Origin: Batkoa obscura
Taxonomy: Eukaryota
DNA length: 50,915 bases
NCBI GenBank assembly: GCA_030770535.1
Contig: JASVEC010000015.1
Coordinates: forward strand, 1,054,001-1,104,915
Direction: 5' to 3'
Shown here: in pieces, positions 37,924 through 50,289 of the stretch
How the letters are laid out: the number at the start of each line of letters is the position of its first letter
Position numbering within the stretch: the stretch's first letter is position 1
Notes under the pieces: model-generated
Told to the model about the DNA's origin: nothing
The model's database searches: none
Seen by the model: only the letters and a program-made list of their open reading frames with translations
Program-made: the position numbers and the translations under genes

Positions 37924-38021
37924 GGGGATGTTTTTTTTGATTTCATTACTTTTTCTATTTTTAAACGCTATTTGAGTGGAAAAATTGTTAGTGAAACTTT
38001 TAAGCAAAAAAGTATATCCAC
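37924..38021 (-). mobile_element. MITE between divergent GDE1 and myosin genes
   Basis: Consensus match, ATAT TSD. Confidence 0.88.
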
Positions 38022-38846
38022 ATATAGTGAATCTTATTTCATAATAATATTGTAGCTTAATTTTTTAGATTTAATTTCGATATATGAGCATACTTTATGT
38101 TTATTATGAACTACTCAATGCTTTGTTTGAACTTTAAGTAAACTAAAAAGTAATCAAAATGCCGAAGCAGAAAAACATTTTCGTTACTATGTAGTTTTGG
38201 AAGAAAACTTTTGTTAAAATATTAACAACTTTAATATCAATAGCAAAAATACCAAGAGCTTGGTTGATTTATATGTTCCCATATATTTTTTATGAAATTA
38301 ATGTTTTGTCAATCAGAAATGGAATCATATAAAATAAGTTTTAATTCAGATATTCGAATTTTCTTAAAGTGAGCTTTTCTAGTACTAACTTTGAGTTTAA
38401 CTTCAGGTATTTAGTTTTATTTTTAATTAATGGCAAAGCAACCTATCTCCCACTATTTAAATTTTTTTAATACCTGGCAATGTTACACTAAAATTCGAAA
38501 AAACACCTATAAAAATACAGTTTAAAGAAACTTTAAAGTTTACTATCATTCTTGCTATTTTATACAATATACAATATATTTACAAAACTTATTGTATAAA
38601 TGAATGTAGTTATCAAGTACCAAAAGCTAATTGCTGCTATTTTATACACTTTTTAAGTTTCGATAGCATTTGATTCAAGTAAAACCTGCCAATCAATAAG
38701 CATTTCAACTTAAACGTAGGGTTCCTAAAAAGAAGCCACCAAAAAATTTAATCAAATACACCAATCAATCGAGTTCTTGTCAAAATTTCAATCAAAATTA
38801 AGACAACACCAAGTTTATTTTAATTTTATTTATAAAAGATTTCAAA

Positions 38847-41800
38847 ATGGTAAGAAAAACAGCATAAACTATATAGCAAAAGAGTATGCTAAACTAATTT
38901 ATATAGCCACCAAAGAAAGCTGATTGGACAGATAGTTTCAAAAAGAAACAAGTAGGTGTATCTGATATGACTTTATTGTCAAAAGTCGATAACGATGCTA
39001 TCAATGAGGACTTGGAGAAACGATTTTTTAACGGAGATATATATGTAACACAAATATATGCTATTCAATATAAATCTTAATTTAGATTTAGACTTATATC
39101 GGTCACGTATTAATCAGTGTTAATCCCTTTAAAGATCTTGGTCTTTATAGTGATGAAATTCTAAAATCATATACAGGTAAAAATAGGATAGAGGTAATAG
39201 TAAATTTTGTAAATGTTACAAAGCTAATCAATTTTCAAATTTTAGATGCCTCCCCATGTTTATGCTATTGCTGAAGGTGCTTATTACAATATGGTTAGCT
39301 ATAAAGAAAATCAATGTGTGATTATTAGGTAATTATAAATACCAATGTATAAATATAATAATTGATTATTGACAGTGGTGAATCCGGTGCTGGTAAAACA
39401 GGTATGTTTATATTAAAAGACAAAAAACTCATATTAAAATAAAATTTATTAAATAAAATAGAGGCAGCAAAAAAGGTAAAAATGGAGTATTTTTATTTAA
39501 AAATATATTAACTTTTGGAATAGATTATGCAATACATTGCAACAGTGAGTGGAGGGAAATCAGATGCTATTAAACAAGTTAAAGATATGGTGCTAGCTAC
39601 TAATCCATTGTTAGAAAGTTTTGGTTGTGCAAAAACTTTGAGAAACAATAATTCAAGTCGACATGTAAGTGAGACAAATAATATTTAATAAGTAAAGAAT
39701 TAGCTAATGATTTAGGGAAAATACCTTGAAATCCAATTTAACAGTCATGGTGAGCCAACTGGAGCCCATATTACTAACTATTTGTTAGAAAAGGTATAAG
39801 GTTATTATTAGCTTGAAATTAACACTAATAATTAATAGAATAGAGTAGTTGCTCAAATCAAGGATGAAAGAAATTTCCATATATTTTATCAGTTTTGTTT
39901 AGGTGCATCTCAAGAGTATAAAGGTTTGTAGCTTTGAATTATATAAATTAAATGGGGTATTAAAATTATTAGATCTTTTCGGAATATCTGGTCCTGAAAG
40001 TTACTGGTATACTTGCCAAAGTGGTTGTTTAACAGTGGATGGGATGGACGATATTGAAGAATATCATGGTACTATCGAGGCAATGAGAGTTATAGGATTA
40101 TCAGAAGATGAACAAACTAATATTCATAGAGTTTTAGCTTCAATATTATGGTTAGGAAATGTACAGTTTGTTGAAGGAGATAACAACAGTTGTTACATAT
40201 CTGATTCAAATGTTACTGATTTTGTAAGTTATCTGGTCCAATCAGATGGTGGTACTTTAGAAAAAACTTTGACTACTAGAGTAATGGAAACTAAAAGAGG
40301 TGGTCGTCGAGGTTCAATATACGATGTCCCTCTTAATGCTGATCAAGCTAACTCTGTTCGTGATGCTATGGCTAAAGCTCTTTATGATCGTTTGTTTGAT
40401 TGGATTGTAGATCGTGTAAATTTAGCCTTAAAACAGAAAGGTAATTTTGATTACATAATAGGTGTATTAGATATCTACGGGTTCGAGATTTTTGATCATA
40501 ATAGTTTTGAGCAATTGTGCATCAACTACGTTAATGAAAAACTTCAACAAATTTTTATTGAGCTTACATTAAAATCAGAGCAAGAAGAATATGTCAAAGA
40601 ACAAATTCAATGGACCCCTATCAAATTCTTTAATAATAAAATTGTATGTGATTTGATTGAAGAAAAACGCCCACCCGGTATCTTTGCAGCTATGAATGAT
40701 GCTTGTGCAACTGCCCATGCTGACCCTTCTGCTGCAGATCAATCCCTTGTTCAAAGATTAGGCTTATGTGCTAGCAATCCACATCTGGAACAACGTGGAC
40801 AACAATTTATTATCAAACATTATGCTGGTGATGTAAAATATGAGATCCGTGGTATGACAGATAAGAACAAGGATCAATTATCGAAAGATATTTTAACTTT
40901 ATTAAAATCCTCCGAATCCGATTTTATCCAACAGCTTTTCCCAGACCTTTTAGACCAAGATTCTAAGCGTCGTCCTCCAACTGCAAGTGATAGAATTAAA
41001 ACATCAGCTGGAGCTTTAGTAACTAACTTAATGAAAGCTCAACCCTCTTATATTCGTTGTATAAAGCCAAACTCAAGTAAAAGCCCAAAAGAATACGAAA
41101 AACCCATGTCCCTCCATCAAATCAAATACTTAGGCCTTTGTGAAAATATTCGTGTGCGTAGAGCAGGCTTTGCTTATCGCCAAACGTTTGAAAAATTTGT
41201 CGAACGATTCTATTTGTTATCAAAGAAGACATCTTATGCTGGAGAGTATACTTGGAGAGGAGATGCTAAGAGTGGGACTGAAACTATCTTAAGAGATATC
41301 AATATTCCACAAGAAGAATGGCAATTAGGCGTAAGTAAAGCATTTATTCGTCATCCAGAAACACTTTGGTCTTTAGAAAGCCTTAGAGATAAATACTGGC
41401 ATAATATGGCAGCAAGGATCCAAAGAGCTTGGAGACGTTATTTGGCTTATAGAAATGAATGCGCTGCCAAAATCCAGCGCTGTTTTAGAAAGAATAAGGA
41501 CCAAATTGTTCAATTACATGTGCGTGATTCTTCTCATCAAATGTTATCTTCAAGAAAAGAGCGTCGTAGATTCTCATTACTTTCTATGAGAAGGTTTTAT
41601 GGTGATTACCTTAATGTAAATTCAGAGAATGTAGGTTCATTGTTTAGAAGCGCTGCAGGTTTTTCTGCAGGTGAAAAGGCAATCTTTAGCTCCAAAGTAC
41701 AACTTTTAGTTCCACGTCCACTTAGATCAAGTAAACCTAGTCCACGCATTCTCTTAATTTCTGGGCAAAATTTATACATTCTTGCTACAGTTGTCGAGAA

Positions 41801-43169
41801 AAAAATGGCTCAAATTAAGCTAGAACGTAAAGTCCCACTTGGTAGCATCACAAAAGCATCACTTTCTACATTACGTGATGATTGGGTAGTAATTCATGTA
41901 CGAGATGACATTGCTTTAGTTATTAATACTATTTTTAAAACTGAGTTGTGTACTCATTTAAAGGATACCAGTAATAGCCGCATTACTATAGATGTAACTT
42001 CTAGCATTGAATATTCTAAAAAATCCAACAAAACTGGTACTTTGAAATTTACTAAGGACGAGAAAGAAGATAAATATGATAGCTATAAGAATCATACTGT
42101 CTCAGTTGGTTCTGGTAAATCCCCAGATTCTGTTTCTGAGCCTCCTTGTGCAAGAATTGAACCACCACGCAAGGCTACAACCTATTCTAAACCAAAGCCA
42201 AAGCCAAAAGCACAGGTAACTCATACGCATACAACTTCTCAATCATCTGGTCGCGCTCCACCACCTCCTCCCTCCGCCCCAGTTTTACCTCCTCCTCCAC
42301 CGTCAAACCCACTTTATAAAGCCATTTATGACTTTGTCAATGAAGCTAGCCCAGAAGGATCCTTTAAACAAGGTGATGTCTTCGAAATTACCCAAAAAGA
42401 TGATAATGGTTGGTGGCTTGGTATTAAAGATGGAGTTCAATCATGGGTTCCTTCAAATTACCTTGAAGAGCTTCCAAGGGCGCAAGCTCCCCCACCTCCA
42501 CCCCCAGCTACAGTAAGACCAGCGGTTTCAGTAGCTACAGTGGTTGAACAAAAAGTAGAAACTTATGCTAATGAAGAAGAATATTATGAATCTGAACTTG
42601 AGCCTGTATCTAAGCCTAAGCCTAAGCCTACTCCTGTATCAATTTCTAAGCCCAAACCTGCACCACGTCCAATTCCAAAGCCTCGCCCTTATACTGGAAG
42701 CAATGATTCAGAATCAAATAATGTCATACCAGCTTGGAAAGCAGAGCTTGCAGCTAGACAGCAACAAGCACGTGACGAAACAGATGACGATAGTCCTAGA
42801 GGAAATTTAAATGGAGCCAGTAATTATCAAGCGCCATCTATCCCAAACAGACCAATATCATATCAAAAACCTAATAGTGCCTCCAAACCTAATCCTTCGA
42901 TCCCACCTCGTCCTACTCCTAAGCCCAAACCTATAAATCCTTCTTCTAATGGTACAGGTAGTGTTAACAGTGTTTCTTCTCTTGCTTCACTTCTTAGTGG
43001 TCAAGCAGCTGGACATCCAAGGTTCCCATCTCGTCCTCAAAGCCAGTATCAATCTGAAGAGGCAGAAGTTCCAGTATCTAATCGACCAGTGATTCCAGCT
43101 CGCCCTAGTCCCACAGGTTCAAGTAAAGTTAAACCTCCACCTAGACCACCTATCCCCCCACGCAATTAA
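38847..43169 (+). CDS. MYO1: Class I myosin (fungal Myo3/Myo5 type): motor, IQ, TH1, Pro-rich and SH3
   Basis: [26 protein letters not shown] site RRGSIY and SH3 (AIYDF...GWW...VPSNY); about 9 introns in the 5' part. Confidence 0.95.
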
Positions 43170-43501
43170 ATTTAGTTGATTATTAACTTTGTTAGAATAA
43201 GTAGTCGTGGAATCGAATTTGCTTTTAAAGTCTATGGTTAATAATAATTTATACCAAACTTATTTTTCAGTATAATAGTAGCATCGTATGGATTGAGTTA
43301 TATTTCAACTACAGATGTAAAATGATGAAAATCACAAAAATTAATAAATTTAATTCGAATATTTTTAGTATGATTTTAAATAGCTAGACTTTATTTTTTT
43401 TATAAAAATGCAACTTATATACCATCATAGTAAAAATAATCAACAAAATACCTTTGTTCATTAAATCTATTCATTACAAAGTAAAAATAAATATAAACAT
43501 A

Positions 43502-45436
43502 TTAATCCTTGACTATAAATTTTTGAATCTCATTTAACGCTCTTTTACAAGGTGCTGTATTATCTATAACATAGACATAAGTAAGTTTAACTTTAGTCAT
43601 TAAGCAAGGATTTTCTTGTTCAATCAAATCTTCACTAACAATATTAATCGTAAGAGAATCCACAATAATAGAGTCACTTCTAATATCCACGATATGCTTA
43701 ATACTTTGATTACTTTTTAATAAGAAAGCAATTAAATTCAAGCTTCTTTTAAATGAACTTTCTAAGTTATAGTCTTTGTAATATTTTTCTCTTTCTATAG
43801 CTAATGGCAATTCTAAATAACTATTTACTATGCATCCTAGCTCTTGTCCAAGTTCAATTGGTGTTTCTTTTAACCTTGCTTCCTCTTGAGTCATTAATTT
43901 TATGTCTTTATTATTACCATAAACTAACACTCCTTCGACTTCAATTTCCGGGTTTGGTTTAAACTCATTGATTTGTAAATAATCATCAAATTGATCAACA
44001 GTGCTCATTGATTTTAATTTACTAACATTATAAGCTTTTTGATGAGCTTCTTCGATTACTTTTGAAGATATTTGTATTGGAATATTTTCACTATTTTTTA
44101 AAACAACTTCAGTACCATTAGCTGGCTCATAGCAAGGTATATTTAATTCTTCCTCTACTCGAAGCTTCAATGAGTGCATCGTTTTCTTGTCGCCATGAAC
44201 CAAAATTACATTTTTAGGTTCTAAATGACTTATCATCTGCATAAGCCCTTTTGAATCCGCATGTGCCGTAAATGATAATTTTTTTACTTGTAAGTTCACT
44301 TCGATTTGTCCACCTTGCCCATCATCAATCACCTTTGCTCCAGTCAAAACTTTAGCACCTACAGTTCCTGGATTACAATAACCTGGCATAATTACCAAAT
44401 TGTTTTGATCATGACATAATTTTTTAAATATTTCTAAAGAACCCCCAAAACCCATATTAGACGGAGTGGCGAAAAATACTGCTGGCCCAGGTAAGTCAAC
44501 GTATTCTCGTCTGTACTCTTTAATATACTTAAAATCAAACATGTTATGCTCCATAAACGTATCTTTAATTTTTTGATTCGTCCAATTTATAAATAACTTA
44601 TAATAATCATTGCCTTTCATTGTTAATACAGATTGGAAATAAACAGGCACATTTACTAACCCCATTCTTTCCCAATACGTTTCGATTAAAATAAATAACT
44701 CTTGTGGTGTCCCTAATGCTGATACTGGAACCAATACTTTTCCTCCTTGTGATACACAATAATAGATATTCTTCAAAAAACTTTTTTCTCTGGTTCTCTT
44801 ACTCTCCCTTACCATGGTACCATAAGTTGATTCAGTGATCAATACATCTGGTCTTAGTTTTTCAATCCATGCTGAACCTAAATGTCTATCTGGTGTCATG
44901 TTATAATCCCCTGTATAAACTATGGATTTATTTCCTATTTTAATGTGAAACATTACAGCTCCAACTACATGACCGGCATAGTAAGCAGTTACTTCAAAAT
45001 CAGGGGCGATTTCAATGGTTTGATGCACATCAATCGTAACTACTTTTTTAAGGCAAGCAGCGATCTGTTCTGAAGTATAAACATCGTTTAAACCTTTATT
45101 AGCAAGCACTCTTCTACTATCTTCTAATAAAAGAGGGCATATAATTTTAGTAGGATGAGACATGATGATTTGGCCATTGTAGCCTAATTGTTCGGTAAAA
45201 TGTGGTAAGGCGCCACAATGATCAATATGGAAATGAGTAACTAAAATACAATCAATGTGCTCCCCATAGTTCCCAGTTTTACTTATTAAGCTGAAATCGG
45301 GGTATTTTCGATGATCATATAAACCTGTATGTATACCACAATCTAACATGATCGTCTTTCCTCCTGCTTTTACCAAGATACAACTTTTACCTACATCTTG
45401 GCCAGCGCCTAAGGGCATTACAGTTATTGTAGACAT
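43502..45436 (-). CDS. INTS11: Integrator endonuclease subunit 11 (CPSF3L), MBL/beta-CASP
   Basis: PLGAGQDVGKSC, HFHIDH, YTGDYNMTPDRHLG, LITESTY and YKLFINWTNQKIK are INTS11-type rather than Ysh1/CPSF73-type. The start could be 45454 or 45436. Confidence 0.88.
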   Translation of the reverse strand: MSTITVMPLGAGQDVGKSCILVKAGGKTIMLDCGIHTGLYDHRKYPDFSLISKTGNYGEHIDCILVTHFHIDHCGALPHFTEQLGYNGQIIMSHPTKIICPLLLEDSRRVLANKGLNDVYTSEQIAACLKKVVTIDVHQTIEIAPDFEVTAYYAGHVVGAVMFHIKIGNKSIVYTGDYNMTPDRHLGSAWIEKLRPDVLITESTYGTMVRESKRTREKSFLKNIYYCVSQGGKVLVPVSALGTPQELFILIETYWERMGLVNVPVYFQSVLTMKGNDYYKLFINWTNQKIKDTFMEHNMFDFKYIKEYRREYVDLPGPAVFFATPSNMGFGGSLEIFKKLCHDQNNLVIMPGYCNPGTVGAKVLTGAKVIDDGQGGQIEVNLQVKKLSFTAHADSKGLMQMISHLEPKNVILVHGDKKTMHSLKLRVEEELNIPCYEPANGTEVVLKNSENIPIQISSKVIEEAHQKAYNVSKLKSMSTVDQFDDYLQINEFKPNPEIEVEGVLVYGNNKDIKLMTQEEARLKETPIELGQELGCIVNSYLELPLAIEREKYYKDYNLESSFKRSLNLIAFLLKSNQSIKHIVDIRSDSIIVDSLTINIVSEDLIEQENPCLMTKVKLTYVYVIDNTAPCKRALNEIQKFIVKD

Positions 45437-45604
45437 TTTAATATTGTTATTCAAATGAGTTAAAGATGAGTTTTAACCATGCTTTTTAAAACCTACTATT
45501 CAATATCAAGCAAACTCTCCTTAATATCAATAAGTTTTAAACCATTTAATTGGTTGAGCATATAAATAGGTCATCTTTTTAATTGTTCGATTTAATTTTT
45601 ATAA

Positions 45605-47135
45605 ATGAGTGAACAAGGAGAAACTATGGACTATGAAAATGTACTGCACTTTAACTAATAAAATATGATACTAAAGTTATTAGAGAGTTGCGGAAGTATA
45701 CGAAACTGCTGATCCAAGGCCAGATGATACTATTGAAGTAATTTTGATAAATTATATGGAAATATATTAATATAAAATAAGGGGATGGAATATAATCCAG
45801 GTTCAATTTCTAAATCAAACTCAGATATAGAAGATGAAGAAGGTACTTTATTAAGTTTTGTAATGATTTCATTAATAAGTCTTCAATTTAGAAAAGTTCG
45901 AAATGGATCTGAATAACATTTTAAGTGCGTTAAGTTTAAATAATGATACTTTTGAATCAGTTCCAAATAAAAAGACGAAAGGAAAGTATGAAACCCCAGA
46001 ACAAAAACTTCAGAGATTAAAATCAGAGTTAGAAGAACTAAAAGATGATATCAATAAAGTAATTTAGTAATTAAAATAATATATCAAAATAACATGGCAA
46101 TAGGGAAATGTAGAGATGGAAGAAGGAATAGATATAAATACAACTTTAAGCTCAATCGAAAGCACGGAGCTTAAACTACACCAACTTGAAAAAAAAGAAG
46201 ATTATTTCTCAAACGGAAACAATAGTATTATGGGTAATAAGCTATTGGAAAAAGTGAATAAAAGTCTACAAAAATTAAACGACCCATCTAAAAGAGAACT
46301 TGTTTATCAACCTCCTATTGAACTTGTTTATAAAAAAGTAAGTAATAGTATAATCTCCTTTATTTGTATATTTTTGTTTTAATAATAGGAAGGAACGCAC
46401 GCATATAAAATTGAAAATCGAATTAAAAGTTTAGAATCTTTACTTGGCCCCGAAACCCAAAAGCCAGCGGATGTAGTAAAATTAATAGACTACTTCATGT
46501 AACATTGCATAACTAATAGTACTAGCCTGAATTTATGAACTTTGGCGGAAATATGGCTCGAGTCTATGAGTTAATGAAAGTGATAGCAGATAGCCACCAT
46601 TTAGAATATGTGATTAAACAAATTAAAAGTATCAACGCTGAGTTAGAAGTCATCAATTCGGAAAATAATCGAATGAGAAGAGAAGAATTATTTCATCCAG
46701 ATGAAATTGACATTGAAGTAACAAATAGGGTATAACCAATAATATAATTTTATACTAAACATGCATTAATTCATCATAGGTTGAACAATTAATGGATGTT
46801 TTTGACAAGTTGGAACCTTTACTCCTTCAAGCACCTATCTTTTCTTCGAGATTGAAGGCACTCGGCGGGTTCCATAATGAGGCTTTAGATTTAATTTTGA
46901 TTACTGATAAAATCGAATCTTTAATTAAAACCGCCGATAAAGATACGAGATTAGCTAAAGATAGAGCTGCTATGGTAATTTTACTTATGTGTTATTACTA
47001 TCTATACTAATAATGATTGAATAGCTGTCTAAAAATCTCGATAGCGCAGTTAACACTATTAATAGTAGAGTATCAAATATTGAAACCAAGCTTTCTAGCT
47101 TAAATGAACGTATTCAAAAACTTACTCAAGGTTGA
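45605..47135 (+). CDS. DCTN2: Dynactin subunit 2 (dynamitin/p50), multi-exon
   Basis: EVYET, ETPEQKLQRLKSELEEL, IENRIKSLESLLG and RLKALGGFH motifs with a C-terminal coiled coil. Confidence 0.8.
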
Positions 47136-47536
47136 TATCAATATAATAATAATGATTGTTTTTATATTATAAAATAATATTGTTTTATTTTTTAAGTTCT
47201 AAAAATTAACCTCAACTTATATCAGAGAAAACTATAATGAAGTGTGATAATAAGTCAAGTTCAAATTAATTTAAAAATATTTGGTTATAAATAAAACAAT
47301 TTATTTAGTATAAAAAAGCGATAGTATATTAAAGCTTAGAAACAAACATTTTCAAGTAATCTGTATTATATATTCATATCTATTATTAAGCTTCATACCA
47401 TGATTCTTATCAGAAGCCGTTTTCGATTTTTTTCCATTTAAAATTAATATATGGGGTTGTCTGAATTGGTTTCATTGTTTTATCCAATTTTTTTATTAAG
47501 ACAAAAGTATCCAGACACAGTTCTAAATCACTATAT

Positions 47537-47627
47537 GGGGATTTTTTTTTAAGAATTTTACTAACAAGTTTTCCACTCAAATAGCGGTTAAAAGATGGAA
47601 AAAATAATGAAGTTAAAAAACACTCCT
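47537..47627 (+). mobile_element. MITE inside copy D
   Basis: Consensus match, ATAT flanks; replaces ~48 bp present in B. Confidence 0.88.
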
Positions 47628-47815
47628 ATATTCTTATAAAACTTTATTGAGAAATATTTATTATTGACCACTTTATAGTCAACATTGCAGATTTGTTATC
47701 AAATAAATAAATTATTTTAACGTTATAATTACATTATCAATATATTACTAAGTTAATGAATAGCTGGATGGGAGGGAGTAATTAGCCCCAAAACCATAAT
47801 TAACGATTTCTATAT

Positions 47816-47914
47816 GGGGATGTATTTTTGTGTTTAACAATTTTGTTAGCAAATTTTCCGCTTAGATAGCGCTTAAAAAATGGAAGAAATAATGAAGTTA
47901 AAAAAGACACTCCC
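47816..47914 (+). mobile_element. MITE inside copy D
   Basis: ATAT TSD; empty site ccctatatagtacaag visible in B. Confidence 0.92.
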
Positions 47915-47996
47915 ATATAGTACAAGTAATAATAGTTTTTACATATTATTACAATTGCTTGTTCTTTGACTATTCATTAACTTAGCTATTAATAAC

Positions 47997-49691
47997 TTAA
48001 GTAATATTAACATTTAATGATTAATTTATATTACTTGATAAGCTACTTGCTTAGTAAATATCGAAAATTTTAAATTCTCTATTATCTTGGTAAGGTAAGC
48101 TGGGATCGATCTTTTAATTTTTCTGTTTTCTATAGACTCTATAACTCTAATTGGAACTATATCACTTTTTTTGATGTATCAGATACCGGATAACAATGCA
48201 GCTTATTGTTATGTTTAATAAAGTGTAAATACTTCTTAATGCTTTGCATCTCTATTATTCTTTTTGTATATTTGTTTCTTTTATACTTTTTAAAAATTAT
48301 ATCTGTTTTCCCATTATTAACAGTCGAATTATTAATTTTATTATGCTCGCAAATAAAAGACTCAAATCTTGAAATTAATTGATCGATATCTTCTATTTTA
48401 CCTAACGCTTCAAAACTACTTTTCCATTTTGAAAGGTTTCCAAAATGTCCATCAACTATACTTTTTCCATGATGCTCAGCAAAAAAATTAAGATTAACAT
48501 TCAAACTACTATTTATTTTATGAATTTCTTTAAACATATAGTGTAGAAACTCTTGGGATCTAAAATGATTTCCTCTATCTGCCCATATATTAATTTTTGT
48601 AAACTTTTTAAATAAAAGCTGTAGAGATCAAATCGATTAAACAATCTCCTGCATATGCTGAATCATGATTCAATATTTCAGATAAATAATCAAAGTAAAC
48701 TTTGCCTATTGTTTTATCATCTTTTAAATATAATACACCAAAGCCTAATACTGATATAGCTTGTTTATTATAATGATCTAGATTTATTGAATCTGGTCTT
48801 GTCCCTATTTCCATATTTTGTTTGAAATCTAAAACTATTATACAACTTTTGTTATTTAATTTTTTAATAGTTTCATTAAATGTGTTTTTTTGAGTATCAA
48901 CACAGAATCTATGTAATTTGTATAATTTTTCTTCTTCGTTGAAAATTTCTTGTATCTCTGCTTTGTTTTTTGCTGTATTTATTTTATTTTCAAATAACTT
49001 TTTTCTAACTGTATGCTGGGTACATATATTACATAGATCCGTTTTTCTTGCTGGATTTTTGAAATTACTTGGTATATATTTAAAGAACGTTGACCTAGCT
49101 ACTGCTTTATCTCTTAGATAATTCAAATATTTACTATATATCATTCTTCTACTTTTATTTAATATATATATTATCTGATGAATATTTACTATCGTTATTT
49201 TTTTTATTAAATCTTGATGAAATAGTTGAATCATTTAGTAAATATTGTATGATAGTTTCAATTTGGTCATCTTTAATTTTTTTTGTATTTTTAATAATAG
49301 GTTTTAATGTTGATATTTTATTATTATTACTTGTTTTTGAATAATCATATTGATTTCTATTTATATTAAACCCAAAACTTTTACATTCATCAAAAGAATA
49401 TACTGAAGCTATAGTTGATAATAACGCTACTTGCTGGTTTTTGTTTCCTGTTTCCCTTAAAGCACTAATTTTATACATTGCTTGATTAAGTTTATTATTA
49501 TCGATAGTAAACTTTGATAATATATCTTTTCTTTGTTTTGTTTTATTATAAAATTCCATAAACCCTGGGTTGTTATAAGTAGCTCTTAAAATTGATGTAA
49601 ATGAATTACAATGTTTATATTGTGTACTCCTCCCTATTGTATTGAGATTTTCAAAAATTCCATTTCGAGGTTTAGTTATGAAAGTTTGCAT
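47997..49691 (-). pseudogene. Frameshifted transposase of copy D
   Basis: ORF pieces 49155-49691, 48608-49234 and 48157-48537 tile the 567-aa protein. Confidence 0.9.
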
Positions 49692-49977
49692 TTTATTTTT
49701 ATTTCAACAAAAAATAAAGTCAAATAAGTGTATTTATATAATTATATAATCATATAGTTATATGTTACATATCTATTAAATATCTAACAGAAATAACATA
49801 AAACACGTAATTAGGAAAATTAGCCATCTAAGAAAAGGAAACACTTAAAATAAGTTTTAAATAGAGATATTTGATTTAGGCTTTTCAGATTTAACCGCCA
49901 CATTAGACACAAATTTAAAATTTAAAAATTTGGATTCTTCTAAGTAAATGCTGAAACCAATCCAGACAACCCCATAT

Positions 49978-50074
49978 CCAGATGTATTTTCGCGTTTAAG
50001 AATTTTACTAGCACTTATTCACTCAAATAGCGTTTAAGAAATGGAAAAGTGATGAAATCAAAAAAAACATCCCC
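49978..50074 (+). mobile_element. MITE abutting copy D
   Basis: Consensus match, left end degenerate, ends CATCCCC plus ATAT. Confidence 0.85.
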
Positions 50075-50289
50075 ATATATTTAATTTAGTTAAGATGTTT
50101 AGAATAAATAATTTTCCATACTTACGATTTTTGAAATTTATTAGCTTAGCAGAATTTGCTTTACTTGCGTAGTTGACGCAGTAAACCGAAGTTGTAGCTA
50201 TTACTAAATTAAGAAAGTTGAGAATATTTGAATGTTCGGGAAATTCAAAAGTCAATACTGATTTAACAGTTTCACTTCCTCTTAATAAA

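Larger units (their letters stand above)
47453..49973 (-). mobile_element. Full-length decayed Sola2-like copy D with two MITE insertions
   Basis: TIRs GGGGTTGTCTGAATTGGTTTCA / TGAAACCAATCCAGACAACCCC (21 of 22), ATAT TSD at 47449-47452 and 49974-49977. Confidence 0.94.
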
